Origin: Amoebidium appalachense
Taxonomy: Eukaryota; Protista; Ichthyosporea
NCBI GenBank assembly: GCA_963693365.1
Contig: CAVNZM010000002.1
Coordinates: forward strand, 15,161,615-15,225,614
Direction: 5' to 3'
DNA length: 64,000 nt
How positions within the stretch are numbered: the first letter of the stretch is position 1; the number at the start of each line of letters is the position of its first letter. A program made the position numbers and the translations under genes. Of the stretch, positions 40,661 through 63,914 are shown in pieces. The notes under the pieces were generated by a model, which was given only the letters and a program-made list of their open reading frames with translations, had not been told where the DNA came from and ran no database searches.

Positions 40661-41173
40661 CGATAGTGTTTTGTCGGACACACCAGCGGCTGTGCTGGCC
40701 TACTATCCCATTCTCAAGGGCAAAAAGAAAAAAATGATGTGTGCTATATCGAAGATACTGGAGCGCCAGGCACAAACGTTATACATGCTACTTATGTCAA
40801 ATCTACCCTGAAAAAGATTCAAAAACACCACAGGTTACCACACAAAAGATTACAGTACCTAAGGGTAGGCATTAAGCTGGGTAGTATTATTCGCACAGCT
40901 CAAAGCCAGTACTGGTTTTGATCTATTTTTACCAACCAATAGCCTGCGCTTCGGAATGCAAGGAAGTTGCCAGAAACATAGGCTATCCACTCTCTTCTAA
41001 TGCCCCCCCCCCCCCCCCCCCCCTCCCCCCCAAAAAAACAAAAAAACAAAAAAAAAACAAACAAAAAAAAAAACACATACACACACGCACACACACATCA
41101 TTCTGAAAAACGCTATTTTCCCCTGAGCTCTTTGACGCCTGGCAGTCCACCTTGCAGGTGACAGGACATCCAT

Positions 41174-41352
41174 TTACTTCAAGGCTCTGACGCTATCTGT
41201 GGGAAAGACAAAATGAGTTGGCTGTTGCACACAAAAAGGCGCCAAAACGGTTTACCGGGGAGGGGGGGGGGGGGGGTAGCTGTCGTCTGGCTGACAGGTA
41301 CTATTACACACACACAACACCCCCACGTGCGTGCACAAATACACATACACAA

Positions 41353-41399
<47 letters not shown>

Positions 41400-42460
41400 A
41401 GCACAAATGATTCTGTCATCCAAACGCTTATAATACTGGGTAGGGTTTGTACGTCTTCGGTTCTCGATCGTCGTTGCAAAAATGCAATTGTTGCCAGACA
41501 AACCGCGTGAAGTTGCCTAAAAGCCGGATTTCCGATAATACTCCGTGCACCAAGCTCCAAGGACCCCCCTAACTTTTCTGCCCGTTCCTTTATAACACTA
41601 AGCACACTGCAGGCTGCGTCAATCAAAACCCCGACCATCTGTGCCACAAATTCATTCAGAGAAAGCGAATCGATTTCCGGGTCATTTGCATCGGCGGCCG
41701 AATCTAAGCACACCCCCGCCCCGTACAGGTGGTCAATATCGGTTTCCTCATCCAAAATTTCAGGTATATGGAATTTCCCGACCATCGGTTGCAGCAGGTT
41801 CATCACTGCTTTCACCACATCCAGCTTTTTTTCTCCGAGAAATTCGGACCCCACCTCTCTGATCACATATGTGCACATTTCCACTACCTGTTTAAGCGAT
41901 TCGTGTCCTAAAAGTGGCCAAAGTAGAAGAAGGCGTGCTATTCCTGGCCCCATAGACTTCATATGACGGCCAAAATCCTCAGCCGGGCCCAAGACCCCAA
42001 TCTGTCCATGCAGAAAAGCAATCCTCGCACCGCAAATTTCGGCCATTTCGGAGTCCGGGTGAATGTCGTGGCCACATACGGGGGGTTCTACCGAATTATC
42101 ACGTTGCACCCGGTCGAAAATACCCAAGTCTCGGTGCTTTCGTACCTCTGTGCTACCGCATTTTGGGCACGTCTCCGGTCCTGCCTGAAAAATGACATCC
42201 ATTTTAGTCTTTGTCCCCCCCCCCCCCTCCCCCCCCCCCCCCCACCCTGGGTCCCTCCCCTCCCTCCTTTTCCCCACCTTCCTACTCTTGCTGCCCCCTG
42301 CCCCCCCGCCTCCCATCCTCCTCCTCCTCCTCCCCCCCCCCCCCCCCCCCCTCTCCCCCCTTCTCCCCCCCCCCCCTCCTCCGCCCGGATCGAGCAAACA
42401 GCTACACAAAATCACACCACACCGACACCCAACAAAACACCCAATCAACAACACGCATAG

Positions 42461-42551
<91 letters not shown>

Positions 42552-42718
42552 ACACACACTCCCTCCCCTTTGCCTGTCAGCATCTTTCTTGATTTCAACC
42601 TCCAGCTAGATCTATACTTCTCTCTCCACCTCACCCCCTCCCCCCCCCCCCTCCCCCCCCCCCCCCCCCCCCCTCTCCAAAAACCACCTGCCCCCCCCAC
42701 CTGTCCCCCCCCCCCCCT

Positions 42719-42750
<32 letters not shown>

Positions 42751-43018
42751 TCCCCCACCCCGGGGCCCGCCCGGGGCTGCAGAATTCACGCACAGGGAGC
42801 CAGATTGAAACACGAACCACACAATACTGGCCAAAACAGCAGTGCCTAAATGTCTCACCTATATGGTATGGTATCCCCCCCCCCCCCCCCCCCCCCCCCC
42901 ACACCCTTTCCCTACCAAAACAAAAAACAACGTACAACATTTTTGCAATGGTAGTCCAACCCCCCCCCCCCCCCCCCTCCCTCCCTCCCCCCCCCCCCCC
43001 CCCCCCCCCCCCACACAC

Positions 43019-43050
<32 letters not shown>

Positions 43051-43446
43051 CAAAACAAGAAGAATTCGAAAAAAAAAAAAGCAACACACTCACACACACC
43101 TGTTTCCTTGCCGCCTCCACCACCTCCCTCACACCCTCTCCCCACTCCGCCGTCTTTTCCACAATCTTCGTCAACACATCGCCATAATCGGGATAGCTCG
43201 CATTCAACAACTTTGCAACCAGCCGTCTCCCGGTGCGATCAAACCCCGCCGCTTGCATGAGACAAAGCAAACTGTGTTTTTCCAACATTGGGAGGTTGTG
43301 TAAGAGACTCTGCGCAGTTATTGAGTCGTCTGCCTCACTAGGCATGTGGGCAGTCATGATCACAAGGGAGAGGTCACGGTCGGCCAGGTGGAGAAACGCT
43401 GTGTCAAAGATCGAAATGTGAGAATTAGGAAGGGGGAGGAGGAGGG

Positions 43447-43531
<85 letters not shown>

Positions 43532-44203
43532 TTTGGGTGAGAGTTGGGGAGGAATGACATGTGCTTTGCTAGGCACGTGCACAGGCGTGATAGCATACAT
43601 AGAAGTTTTTCGGATTATAAGGTGTGAAAAAGACCTTTGTGCGCACCTGTGAAGGAGTTTTTGTGTGTGTGTGACTGTGTCTTCGAGGTCTGCGTGTAAT
43701 GGGGGTGGCAGACGGGAGGTTGGAGATTTGGATGCATAACAGGTGGATGGTGGTTCACGACTAGATGGTTGGGTGAGCGGGTGAGTATATGGTGGAGGTG
43801 GTGGTGGTGGTGGGGGTGGTGGTGGCGGACTCGGTTGAGAAGAGGAGGAGGAGGGGGGGAGCGGGGTGGGGTGGGGTGGGGTGGGTGAGGGGGGGGGGGG
43901 GGGGGGGGGAGGGGGTAGAATGTGTATCAGAGCTCAAACTACACGTTCAGGACGAACAACACAGTGCAGATTGCAAAATGGGGGTTGGGGAAAAAGGGGG
44001 AGGGGAGGGGGGGGGGGGGGGGGAGGGGGGGGGGGGAGGCCCGCAGGTGCGGGTTGCATATGTGACAAAGTGCACTCAAGACGAAGGAAGGAAGAAAGAA
44101 AGCATCTCCTCTTGAAGAAAACCAAGAAACCAAGAAAACAAGAAAACCACACGAAAAAAGGGAGGGCAAAGGGGAAGGGGGCAAGGGGGTGAGGGTTGAA
44201 GGG

Positions 44204-44237
<34 letters not shown>

Positions 44238-44281
44238 TATGCAAAACATACCCCGAAGTTCTCATAGTCCGATTCCTCCAT
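41174..44281 (-). CDS. Family paralog D, lacking the FPWLEV-MYND C-terminus
   Basis: Short acidic exon 44281-44252 (MEESDYENFG; its phase join to the next exon is unresolved), exon 43398-43100 (..VVEAARKQ|GT), exon 42184 to ~41437 or ~41400 (AGPETCPKCGS..DLGIF..VCGHDIHPD..ARIAFLH). A candidate last exon at 41196 stops within a few codons in either phase. Confidence 0.75.
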
Positions 44282-44606
44282 CACCCTTTTCTGTCCAGAA
44301 GCGCCATATCAAGCTCCCCGTTTGATACATCCGGTTGAGTAGTCTCTACATCTGGCTCTATAATCCCCATTTTTATTTGTTGTAAACACACAAATACATG
44401 TACAAGCTAGAAATACTCAAGTAAGTTTGAGTGAACTCCTATGAACACCCCTGTTGTTTTGACCAGTTTCAAAGTCTGGGCGAAACACCAAACGCGACAT
44501 AACCCAGGCATGACGTCATGTATGACAAGTTCACGAGAGTATGTATAGAACGTGTTTTCAGAGGGCCGTGGTGTAGAGCCCCTTTCGGAGTGAAAAGGAA
44601 ACCAGA

Positions 44607-45730
44607 TTTTTTTTTTTTTTGACTGGGTTTATTCGACGGAAAGATATGCAAGTATGCACGGCATACTGAGAAGACAATAAAAACTTTTTTTCTTTTGACT
44701 GGATTTATTCGACGGAAAGAAATGCAGGTATGCACGGCATTCTGAGAAGACAATAAAAACTTCACGAGCTATCCAGTAACAAGTGCATACTGAGATACCT
44801 GAACACTGTGAAAATCATATTAATACTCAATGTGACGACCAACAGCATTCAACAAAAAGTCTAAAGTGTTCACATTGCCAGCCAGTGTAGCAGACACCCG
44901 TAGGGAAAGAGGTAAAACGCGACATAAAAACTCACACCTATCAACATGTTTTCGCAGCACAAAAGTGGCACCGCGGTGATGGAAACAAGAATTACAACGC
45001 CACTGCACAACTTCCCAGGCAATATCAATATCAGAGCACCATACAGACTTATCTACTAGGGTGGTATCCATACGTACAGCAGGAGAAATGTATCCTGCCA
45101 AAGCTCCCCAAAAGCGATAATGATCAGTACGGTGTTGCCTAAGGAACATAACACATGCCGACTGAGTTTTACCTTTGATTTCTCTATTAGAACGAGAAAG
45201 AAACTTACACTGCATATGGTAATAACTCGAAAAGGCAGAAAAAACAGGAAGAGAAAAGAAAGAGGGAGTGAGATAGCGAGAGGAAGGATCAGGTTGAAAG
45301 ACGGTAGGCTGAGGACATTCAGAAGTGGCGTTGGTGAATCGGGGGGGAAGAGGGATGGAGGGAGGGGGGGAAAAGAAAGCATAAAGAGGGTGACCATCAG
45401 GTATCCTAACTAAATGAAAACAAAAACGAAGAGACAATTCCTCCATACGACAAACAGCAGACGACAATCCAAACATACTAATCAAGGGAGGCACAAACCG
45501 AGTACGAAACAAAGTGCGCCGCGCAGTACCCTGAAAATCGTCGAACTCTTTCAGCGCCACAGCCGCCTCGCGAGGTGGGGCGCAGGCCAATAGGGGAAGT
45601 CCATATTCGAAAGTCGGCCGTAAAAAAGTTTTATAGTAGAGAAGAAGGTTTGCAGGATGGATCACAGACTCCCGTTGAAACATATTTGACACGATGTGAA
45701 GCTTACCCTTCGCACGAGCGATCCGTGCCG
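44607..45730 (-). mobile_element. 5'-truncated non-LTR retrotransposon (subfamily 1): post-RT region, Cys/His knuckle, 3' UTR and poly(A)
   Basis: ORF 45692-44820 contains LLLYYKTFLRPTFEYG, like the LYKxxIRPxLEYG motif that follows RT in LINE ORF2, and a partly deleted CxxC..H...C region. The 3' UTR ends AATAAATCCAGTCAAAAG(A)n and its last ~75 bp are tandemly duplicated (44607-44760). Confidence 0.8.
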
Positions 45731-45842
45731 TGAGGAGCTTGCGGAAATCCAGTCAAAAGAAAAAAAAAAAAGAAAAAAAAAAAGAAATCCATACCCCGTG
45801 CAGTAAAAGGAATACCCAAATAGTCATAGGTGCTCTGAACAG

Positions 45843-46230
45843 GGAGATATTTAGTTCCTTTTTACTTCCCTATATCTATCCGATAAATGTATACCTATCC
45901 GGCGCCGGGGGGCCGAACGTATGATCACGGCCCTCTGAAAAACTGAGGGCCGTGGTATGATTCATTGGCAATATCATAATCTTGCGTTTATATTACTATG
46001 ATATAAATCTCCTCTCAGTTATTCCCAACAATCATGTGTCCATTATGTTTGAGGGCAAGTTGCTACGTTTGCTGCTCCTTTCGAGCCTCACCAACATTAG
46101 CCAAGCCGTCTGTTGAACTTCATATATCTGAAATTTTGTAGACTGGATGCAAAACAAAATAGAACAAGCCGAGGAAGCACACTAAAATTGACATTGAGTG
46201 GATATTACAATCTGCATTTTCCGAGATATC
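45843..46230. repeat. Diverged direct repeat of ~49365-49745
   Basis: Shared collinear blocks GGAGATATTTA.TTCCTTTTTACTTCCCTATATCTATCCGATAAATGTATACCTATCCGGCG, GTATGATTCATTGGCAATATCATAATCTTGCG and GCTGCTCCTTTCGAGCCTC. Confidence 0.8.
45926..45954. mobile_element. 29-bp TIR micro-element or deletion remnant with 7-bp target-site duplication
   Basis: GTATGAT-[CACGGCCCTC TGAAAAACT GAGGGCCGTG]-GTATGAT. The paralogous site at 49457-49463 has a single GTATGAT. Confidence 0.8.
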
Positions 46231-46399
46231 TTTTTAAATACTTATCTCCTTTATTTTTCTCTTCCGTTGTACTAGTTATCAGCAGTATGTTACTCAGTGG
46301 TTTCAATACTTCAATATCCTTTGCTTCATCGTTGTGATAAAGAGTATTATGGTAGGGCTTTTGAGCCTACTTCTTTTTATATTAGAGGCTCGTCTATTT

Positions 46400-46916
46400 T
46401 CTTTACAATCGTTGTGTAATTTAGCTGCTTATATTTATCCTTCCTCTCGTAACCCTACCACACTTACCGATTTTGCAATTCTAACCCCTCCTTGTGATAT
46501 CGCTTGGAAATGTTTATTTTGGCGCTGTAACCTTTGCTTCCATTAATGTTTGTGCCACCTTTGTGCAGAACCTTTTTCTCGTAAACACTTAGATAGATGT
46601 ATTTATTTAGCTCAGATTATTCCGTTAGAAATTAGAAGACTGGCTTATTTAGATAATCCTGAAATTACGTCAATTGACTATCTGTTGAACCACGGTATGT
46701 TTAACGAGTTTTCTAGGACTTCACTTTCACTTCGATCTCTTAGCTGTCACGTCAACTTTTTATCCCGATTCTTCACCATGGCAGGTATATAAAGGCTTTC
46801 GTTTCTTCTTTATGTGGACTTCACTTTCACTTCGATCTCTTAGCTGTCACGTCAACTTTTTTTCCCGATTCTTCACCATGGCAGGTATATAAAGGCTTTC
46901 GTTTCTTCTTTATGTG
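46400..46916 (+). mobile_element. Degenerate non-LTR retrotransposon 3' fragment (subfamily 2), followed by a ~100-bp tandem duplication
   Basis: LAAYIYPSSR..DIAWKCLFWRCNLCFH*CLCHLCAEPFSRKHLDRC..IDYLLN aligns with subfamily 1 LAGYISPAVR..DIAWEVVQWRCNSCFH..RKHVDRC..LDFLLN, with an internal stop. 46717-46817 is repeated at 46818-46916. Confidence 0.7.
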
Positions 46917-47859
46917 GTGGGAGGGAGTCCCACTCAGGGGAACGTGACTGCAGCGTGTGTGTGGTGTGGCCTGGTGTATTCCTACTGCTGTGAGAGTGTG
47001 GGGGCATCTCCCTTTTGCGGAATTTCTCGCTTCTCGCTTGAGAAGTGGTTTCTTCAACGCCTGGTGGTCCACTGCAACTATGGTAACTTCTACACGCTGT
47101 CTACGCTTCTACGCGGCCTATTGGCGGTGGGCTGCTGCAACTTCTTCAGCTACTTCTGCGCTGCGTGAGTGGAGGGGCGGCTACTTGGTCGTCGGGGAGC
47201 TTTCCAAGTGACTGCCAGTCCTCAGCCTCCAGTCGTATGCCAATGACCGGGTTTGCTTGCATGCATTCTGTTATTGTGTTTTTCTGTGTGTCCTGCCACA
47301 ACTAGGCCACCTTATCAGAGAGCTAGATGCAGTTTCTCCGGGTTATCTAGGGGCCGGGCCCGTTGGGATTGTTTTTTAGCCCAGATTTGGTCTGCATTGC
47401 TCTTTTAGAGGCTGACTTGCTTGCTGTACCTCGGTAGGTTTTGAGGGGGGCCTGTTGGGAAGCAGCAGTAATGATGTCTTCTTGCAGAGTGTGGTCTGGT
47501 CAACATCGTTGCATATGACTAGTTGGAGCAAGCTAGTTTCACGCATACACGTACACTTAAAGTTTTGCCCACTGGTGTCCTTTGTCACTTGTCGCTCTAT
47601 TTTTATTTCGTAGCTTTGGCTTTTTCAGTTCTATTGGTGGTTATGTAGCCTGTGGCTGCCCTTCATCAACGAATCAATAAACCCGAGTCAAAAGAAAAGA
47701 GTTTTCTAGGGTGTATGATTATTTAAGTCGTTATCTCCTCCGTATCCGAGAGTGAGGGCTTTTGTAATTTCTTCTCCGAGATATCGGTGATATCTCGATG
47801 GCTTCTATTTTGCTGAGCATATCAATAAAGTCATTATAATTTTAATTTTTCTTATCTCA

Positions 47860-48790
47860 GAATATTCCGTTAGAAAATGTTTCCATAAATGTTTGTGCCA
47901 CTTTTGTGCAGAACCTTTTTCTCGTAAACACTTAGATAGATGTATTTATTTATCTCAGATTATTCCGTTAGAAATGTTTGCATAAATGTTTGTGCCACTT
48001 TTGTGCAGAACCTTTTTCTCGTAAACACTTAGATAGATGTATTTATTTATATCAGATTATTCCGTTAGAAATGTTTGCATAATATTTATTTTTCTCAGAT
48101 TATTCCGTTAAAAAATGTTTCCATAAATGTTTGTGCCACTTTTTGTGCAGAACCTTTTTCTCGTAAACACTTAGATAGATGTATTTATTTATCTCAGATT
48201 ATTCCGTTAGAAATTAGAAGACTGGCTTATTTAGATAATCCTGCTGTTTCCATAAATGTTTGTGCCACGTTTGTGCAGAGCCTTTTTCTCGTAAACACTT
48301 TAGATAGATGTATTTATTTATCTCAGATTATTCCGTTAGAAATGAGAAGACTGGCTTATTTAGATAATCCTGCTATTACGTCTATTGACTATCTGTTGAA
48401 CCACGGTATGTTTAATGAGTTCTCTGATGTTGATATTGCCTGGGAAGTTGTGCAGTGGCGTTGTAATTCTTGTTTTCATCGCCGCTGGTGCCATTTTTGT
48501 GCTGAACTTTTTAATCGCAAGCATGTTGATAGGTGTGAGTTTTTATGTCGCGTTTTACCTCTTTCCCTACGGGTGTCTGCTACACTAGCTGGCAATGTGA
48601 ACACTTTAGACTTTTTGTTGAATTCTGTTGGTCGTCACATCGAGTATTTATGGGATTTTCACACAGTGTTCATGTATCTCAGTATGCACTTGTTACTGGA
48701 TAACTCGTGAAGTTTTTATTGTCTTCTCAGTATGCCGTGCATACTTGCATATCTTTCCGTCGAATAAATCCAGTCAAAAGAAAAAAAAAA
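47860..48790 (+). mobile_element. Chimeric LINE 3' end: repeated subfamily-2 fragments fused to a subfamily-1 3' end with poly(A)
   Basis: About four copies of CATAAATGTTTGTGCCAC..CGTAAACACTTAGATAGATG..TTCCGTTAGAAA, then a switch near 48424 to sequence matching the reverse complement of ~44685-45035, ending AATAAATCCAGTCAAAAG(A)10. Confidence 0.75.
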
Positions 48791-49008
48791 GTCTTCTAGG
48801 GTGTATGATTATTTAAGTCGTTATCTCCTCCGTATCCGAGAGTGAGGGCTTTTGTATTTTCTTCTCCGAGATATCGGTGATATCTCGCGAGATATCGGTG
48901 ATATCTCGTGGCCTCAATTTGTTGAGCATATCAATAAAGTCATTATAAAAAAAAATGCATTTTCCAACTTTCTTGTCCGGCAATTGACTGGTCGTGAGAT
49001 ATACTAGA

Positions 49009-49859
49009 AATGCGGTATTGAGATAACTTTTGCGTTATTGCAAGTTCCAGTGTTTTCCCAGGAAAAAACCCAGAGTTAAATCTCTGGGCGGTTCAAAGAG
49101 CCCTGGAGGCTGAGGGGGGGAGGGGAGGGAAGGGGCGGAACTGAGTCCTTTTATTTAATTCCTCAGCCTCCAACTCAGGTGGAACTAAGTCCCAGGCTTT
49201 ACTGGTACTTTCTAAAAATTAACGGTATATTTACTTCTGGAAACAGTGTAATTTCCTGCCCTGAATTGAATGACTGTAATTCTCAGCTCTGTTGCAGGGC
49301 TAGAAATTACTTTTTAGGATTACTGTATTTTGGCACCTGGCGGATCGCACTCCTATTCCTGTCCGGAGATATTTACTTCCTTTTTACTTCCCTATATCTA
49401 TCCGATAAATGTATACCTATCCGGCGGCGGGGGGGGCCTTGGCCCCCCGGACCCCCGTATGATTCATTGGCAATATCATAATCTTGCGATCAAATTGCTA
49501 TAATATAAAATAACCTGTCGTAGCATCCCCAACAATCATGTGTAGTTTGTATTTTAGGGCAATTTACTATGTTTCCGGCTGCTCCTTTCGAGCCTCTCCA
49601 ATAATAATACCATCTATTGATTTGAACTATATATCTCTGAAAATTTGTAGATTTGTAGATTGAATGCACAAAACAAGCCCAGAAAGCAGACAAAATTCGA
49701 AATTAAATGGATAACAAAACCTGCATTTTCCATGTGCCTTTTCTGGATATGGACTGGTCATGAGATATAATGCGGTATTGAGATAACTTTTTGCGTGATT
49801 GCAAGTTCCAGTGTTTTCCCAAGAAAAAACGGAGACTCTGCAGCTTTGGGCGGGAGCTC

Positions 49860-49890
<31 letters not shown>

Positions 49891-49918
49891 TAGAGAGAGA
49901 GAGAGAGAGAGGGGGGGG

Positions 49919-49963
<45 letters not shown>

Positions 49964-50083
49964 TCTTCTTTTTATTTACTTCCCAAACCTCCAACTCAAG
50001 TGGAACTAAGTCCCAGGCTTTACTGGTACTTTCAAGAAATTAACGGTATATTTACTTCCGAAAACAGTGTAATTTCCTGCCCT
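49009..50083. repeat. Direct repeat pair ~49009-49262 and ~49769-50083
   Basis: Both copies share AATGCGGTATTGAGATAACTTTT..GCAAGTTCCAGTGTTTTCCC and CCTCCAACTCA.GTGGAACTAAGTCCCAGGCTTTACTGGTACTTTC..GTAATTTCCTGCCCTG. They differ mainly in the central G tract. Confidence 0.85.
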
Positions 50084-50563
50084 GCTCTGTTGATGAAATA
50101 AAAAGTGTGTAAACCCATGAAACAGAAATGCAATTGAGAAAGTTTCTTGCAAAAACCCCTTGTTTTTTCTGTTCTTATCAGCGCGCCATCAGCTCTGACA
50201 TATCGTCACACCATTGGCTGGCCGCTTTACTTGAAGTTTGGAAAAACTGAACAGACGTCCGGTGTCACGGTGAAACCCGGGAAACTTTCCGCGGGCCATT
50301 CATAATCCCCCTAAGTTGAATTTGAGTAGCTATGAGTTGAGTAATCGAGTCGTGTCAGGCAAAAGCATCAGCTCAGCAGCGCTTATCACAGTGCACGTAC
50401 TAGTAAAGTGCAAAAGGCTACTCAGTTTTTTCCATCTGCCGAAAGACACTTCGGACTTGTTTCTCTGAAGGTGAACTGATTCACTCAGACCACCCCCCCC
50501 TCCCCCCCCCCCCTCCCCCCCTCCCCCTCCCCCCCCCCCCCTCCCCCCCCCCCTCCCCCCCCC

Positions 50564-50599
<36 letters not shown>

Positions 50600-50823
50600 C
50601 CCCCCCCTTCTCCCCCCTTGCCATGACCATCCTCTGCTCCTTGTCGTTCTCATGCCTCCTTGCTCACATTCTGGCTCTCTTTCCTTGCTCCTTTCCTTTT
50701 CCAATTTCCGTGTGCCATGACTCTACACGCACATGTGCAAATTTCCCAGCTTCTGGAAATCAACCTCACCTTTTGTTTTTTCCGGAAGCTTAGCAGGTAG
50801 CCTTGGCCGTCTTAAAGCTGAGA

Positions 50824-50855
<32 letters not shown>

Positions 50856-51097
50856 CCCCCCCCCCCCCTCCTTTTTCTCCCCCATATAACCTGGAAAAAG
50901 AAGACCAATGTACGGTACATAATGAGACGGCATGGAACCATGATGATTAACCATTGTTTTAATACTTCTTCTCGTATGTGTACACCTCTTTTTTATTTAC
51001 TGAGAGTGAAAGCATCCTCACATCTTTTCCTGGGTTGCGCAGGTTGATTTGGAAGCCTGTGTGTGTTCAGTTCTGAACTTGAAGGTGGACGGCCAAC

Positions 51098-54837
<3,740 letters not shown>

Positions 54838-54943
54838 GCGCAGGCACACACAGGCATAACTGCAACACCCATGCATGCACCCACACACACGCACACACAC
54901 ATGCACACACACACACACACGCACACACACACACACACGCACG

Positions 54944-54987
<44 letters not shown>

Positions 54988-55288
54988 GACAGAGATAGAG
55001 AGAGAGACACCCAAGAACATGACCGAAGCACACTCGCAAGCATACATACACTCACCGTGCCACACATGATACGGCACGACATGCGCACACTAGGTAGCAC
55101 GGGCCCAGGCACGTACGTACATGTGCACACGTTTGGAGTGCTTATTGAGATAAGTTGTGCTGCCATCGGTTCACAATTGCAGGCACACACTGACCTGCAC
55201 ATCACATAAATATACACGGTCATACACACAGTCACGCAGCAACGGAACTCAAATGCACGAGCACGTATTTATTTAGCAACCCAGTGGT

Positions 55289-55330
<42 letters not shown>

Positions 55331-55410
55331 CCTCCCCCAACACACACACGCACGCACGCACGTCACGCACGCACGCACGCACACACGGACGCACACACAC
55401 ACACACACAT

Positions 55411-55519
<109 letters not shown>

Positions 55520-56364
55520 CCCGCACCGACACCGCTGCCGCGTTGCCACCTCCCTACATCCCTACGTACCTCTCAAGCCAAACATACAGTACAGTTATAA
55601 CGATTGTATCTCATGACGATTGAAGGAGAAGATTATTTTAATCGCTCAGTCTCCTTCCACAAAAGAGACCAGTCACTAAGGGAACAAGATTATAATAATA
55701 GTTTGTCTGTACCAACGGCCCGAAAATGGCTGGCAATGACCGCAAATCTCCTTTCCCGCACAGGTGCCGCGTCAAAGTGATGGGAGAAGACGACCGTCAT
55801 AACTTCTACAAGCCCGCTGTCATGACTATTTTAAAAGTGTAATATTTAAGATAGCCTAGGTGTTTGAAGTTGTCAAAAAAAATCAATCACGGTCGTGCAA
55901 TTGCCTTTATTATCATGATAATAATGATTAGAACTGGTGCGTAGATCTAGCCGCCTCCCTCCTTTTTCGTGTGGGCTGGGACTGGGCTCGGTGTTGCACG
56001 GATCATCCGATCAGCTTTAAAGTTTAACGGGCTTTCGACCGACAGACTTGCACTATTAATATTAAACACTAACACAGCTGTGCCTTTAGAGTTGTACATA
56101 CACAGCTTATATGGACAAATTCTCGGATATTTTAATACTGCGGGTGTGAAATCGAATGGATTTTTACTGTAAATTTGTATTTCTTCAAGCACCAAGTTCG
56201 ACGTTTTTACAAATGTTGTAAACCTAAGCGACAACTATTTATGAATGTGTGTGTGGGCCGTCCATGCCTCAAGATAGCCCAGCACGGTTGTGTTCTATAA
56301 AAAACATCAGCACTGCCAGAGTCAAAGTCTGTGTACTTATCCGGAGTCTGTATCATGAATGTTA

Positions 56365-56395
<31 letters not shown>

Positions 56396-56467
56396 CCCCC
56401 TCTCACCCCCCGTTTAAAAATAAAAAAAACACGCTCGCACACACATTAATTCAACGTTGTCGCTACA

Positions 56468-56615
<148 letters not shown>

Positions 56616-56785
56616 TAGCACACATTGTCAACCAAACACACACATGTACGCAAACACGCGCGCATGCCCACACGCGCGTGCGCACACACGCACACACACA
56701 CACACACACACACTAACACACACACTAACACACATTGTCAACCAAACACACACACATGTACGCAAACACGCGCGCATGCCCACAC

Positions 56786-56854
<69 letters not shown>

Positions 56855-57507
56855 ACATACACACACACTCTGATCCCTTGAACGCGCACCCGCACGCACA
56901 CACTCCCACAGTCACACGCACACACGCCTACACACACACACACACACGTGCACACACACACACACAATACACACTGATCCATTCACCTACACGCACCAAC
57001 ACACCACATATGCATGTACGTACCGTCACTGAACAGGAGACATGAGCCTGGGAATACCGTCAACTGGCAGGAGCAAATTTTCTCGACTCGATGATAGATA
57101 TTCGACACTTTCAGTGCGCAGTTGAAGTTCAGTTTGCGCATCAAATTAGCCATATAAGGTTATTCAGTACCTTTCCGCACCAATCATCAGCGAGTAAATA
57201 AAGGGCGCAGTCATTGCATGTTTGATGTCGCAAACGCTGTCGCAAACCGTTCGGCAGGAGAGAAGGCCGCCTGGCAGTATGCATAGTATAGCTAAAAAAA
57301 AAGTAAAGATGGCTGTGGAGAGAAGGTGTGTCTAGAGAGCGAGCTTTCTTATTGTGTCTTTGACACAAGTCTTATTGGTAGATGGAAAGGACGCATCCTC
57401 TGTGTAGGCACCCTGAACTGGTTTTGGAAATCTGTGTTCTTTGACAGCTTTGAGTTTAGAAAAGCACTATAAACACACTCTTACTAAGAACTATTGCACC
57501 AAAAAAC

Positions 57508-63914
<6,407 letters not shown>

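Noticed and set aside
41252-43600. 782-aa single ORF
   Set aside because: It is two real exons of paralog D joined by read-through of a stop-free G-rich intron with clear GT (43099) and AG (42185) ends.
44685-48790. ~350-bp inverted repeat that could be the TIRs of a 4-kb DNA transposon
   Set aside because: Both arms are poly(A)-tailed 3' ends of the same LINE subfamily in opposite orientation.
55611-55918. Possible MITE bounded by TCATGA motifs
   Set aside because: The inverted similarity is too short and mismatched, and no TSD is evident.
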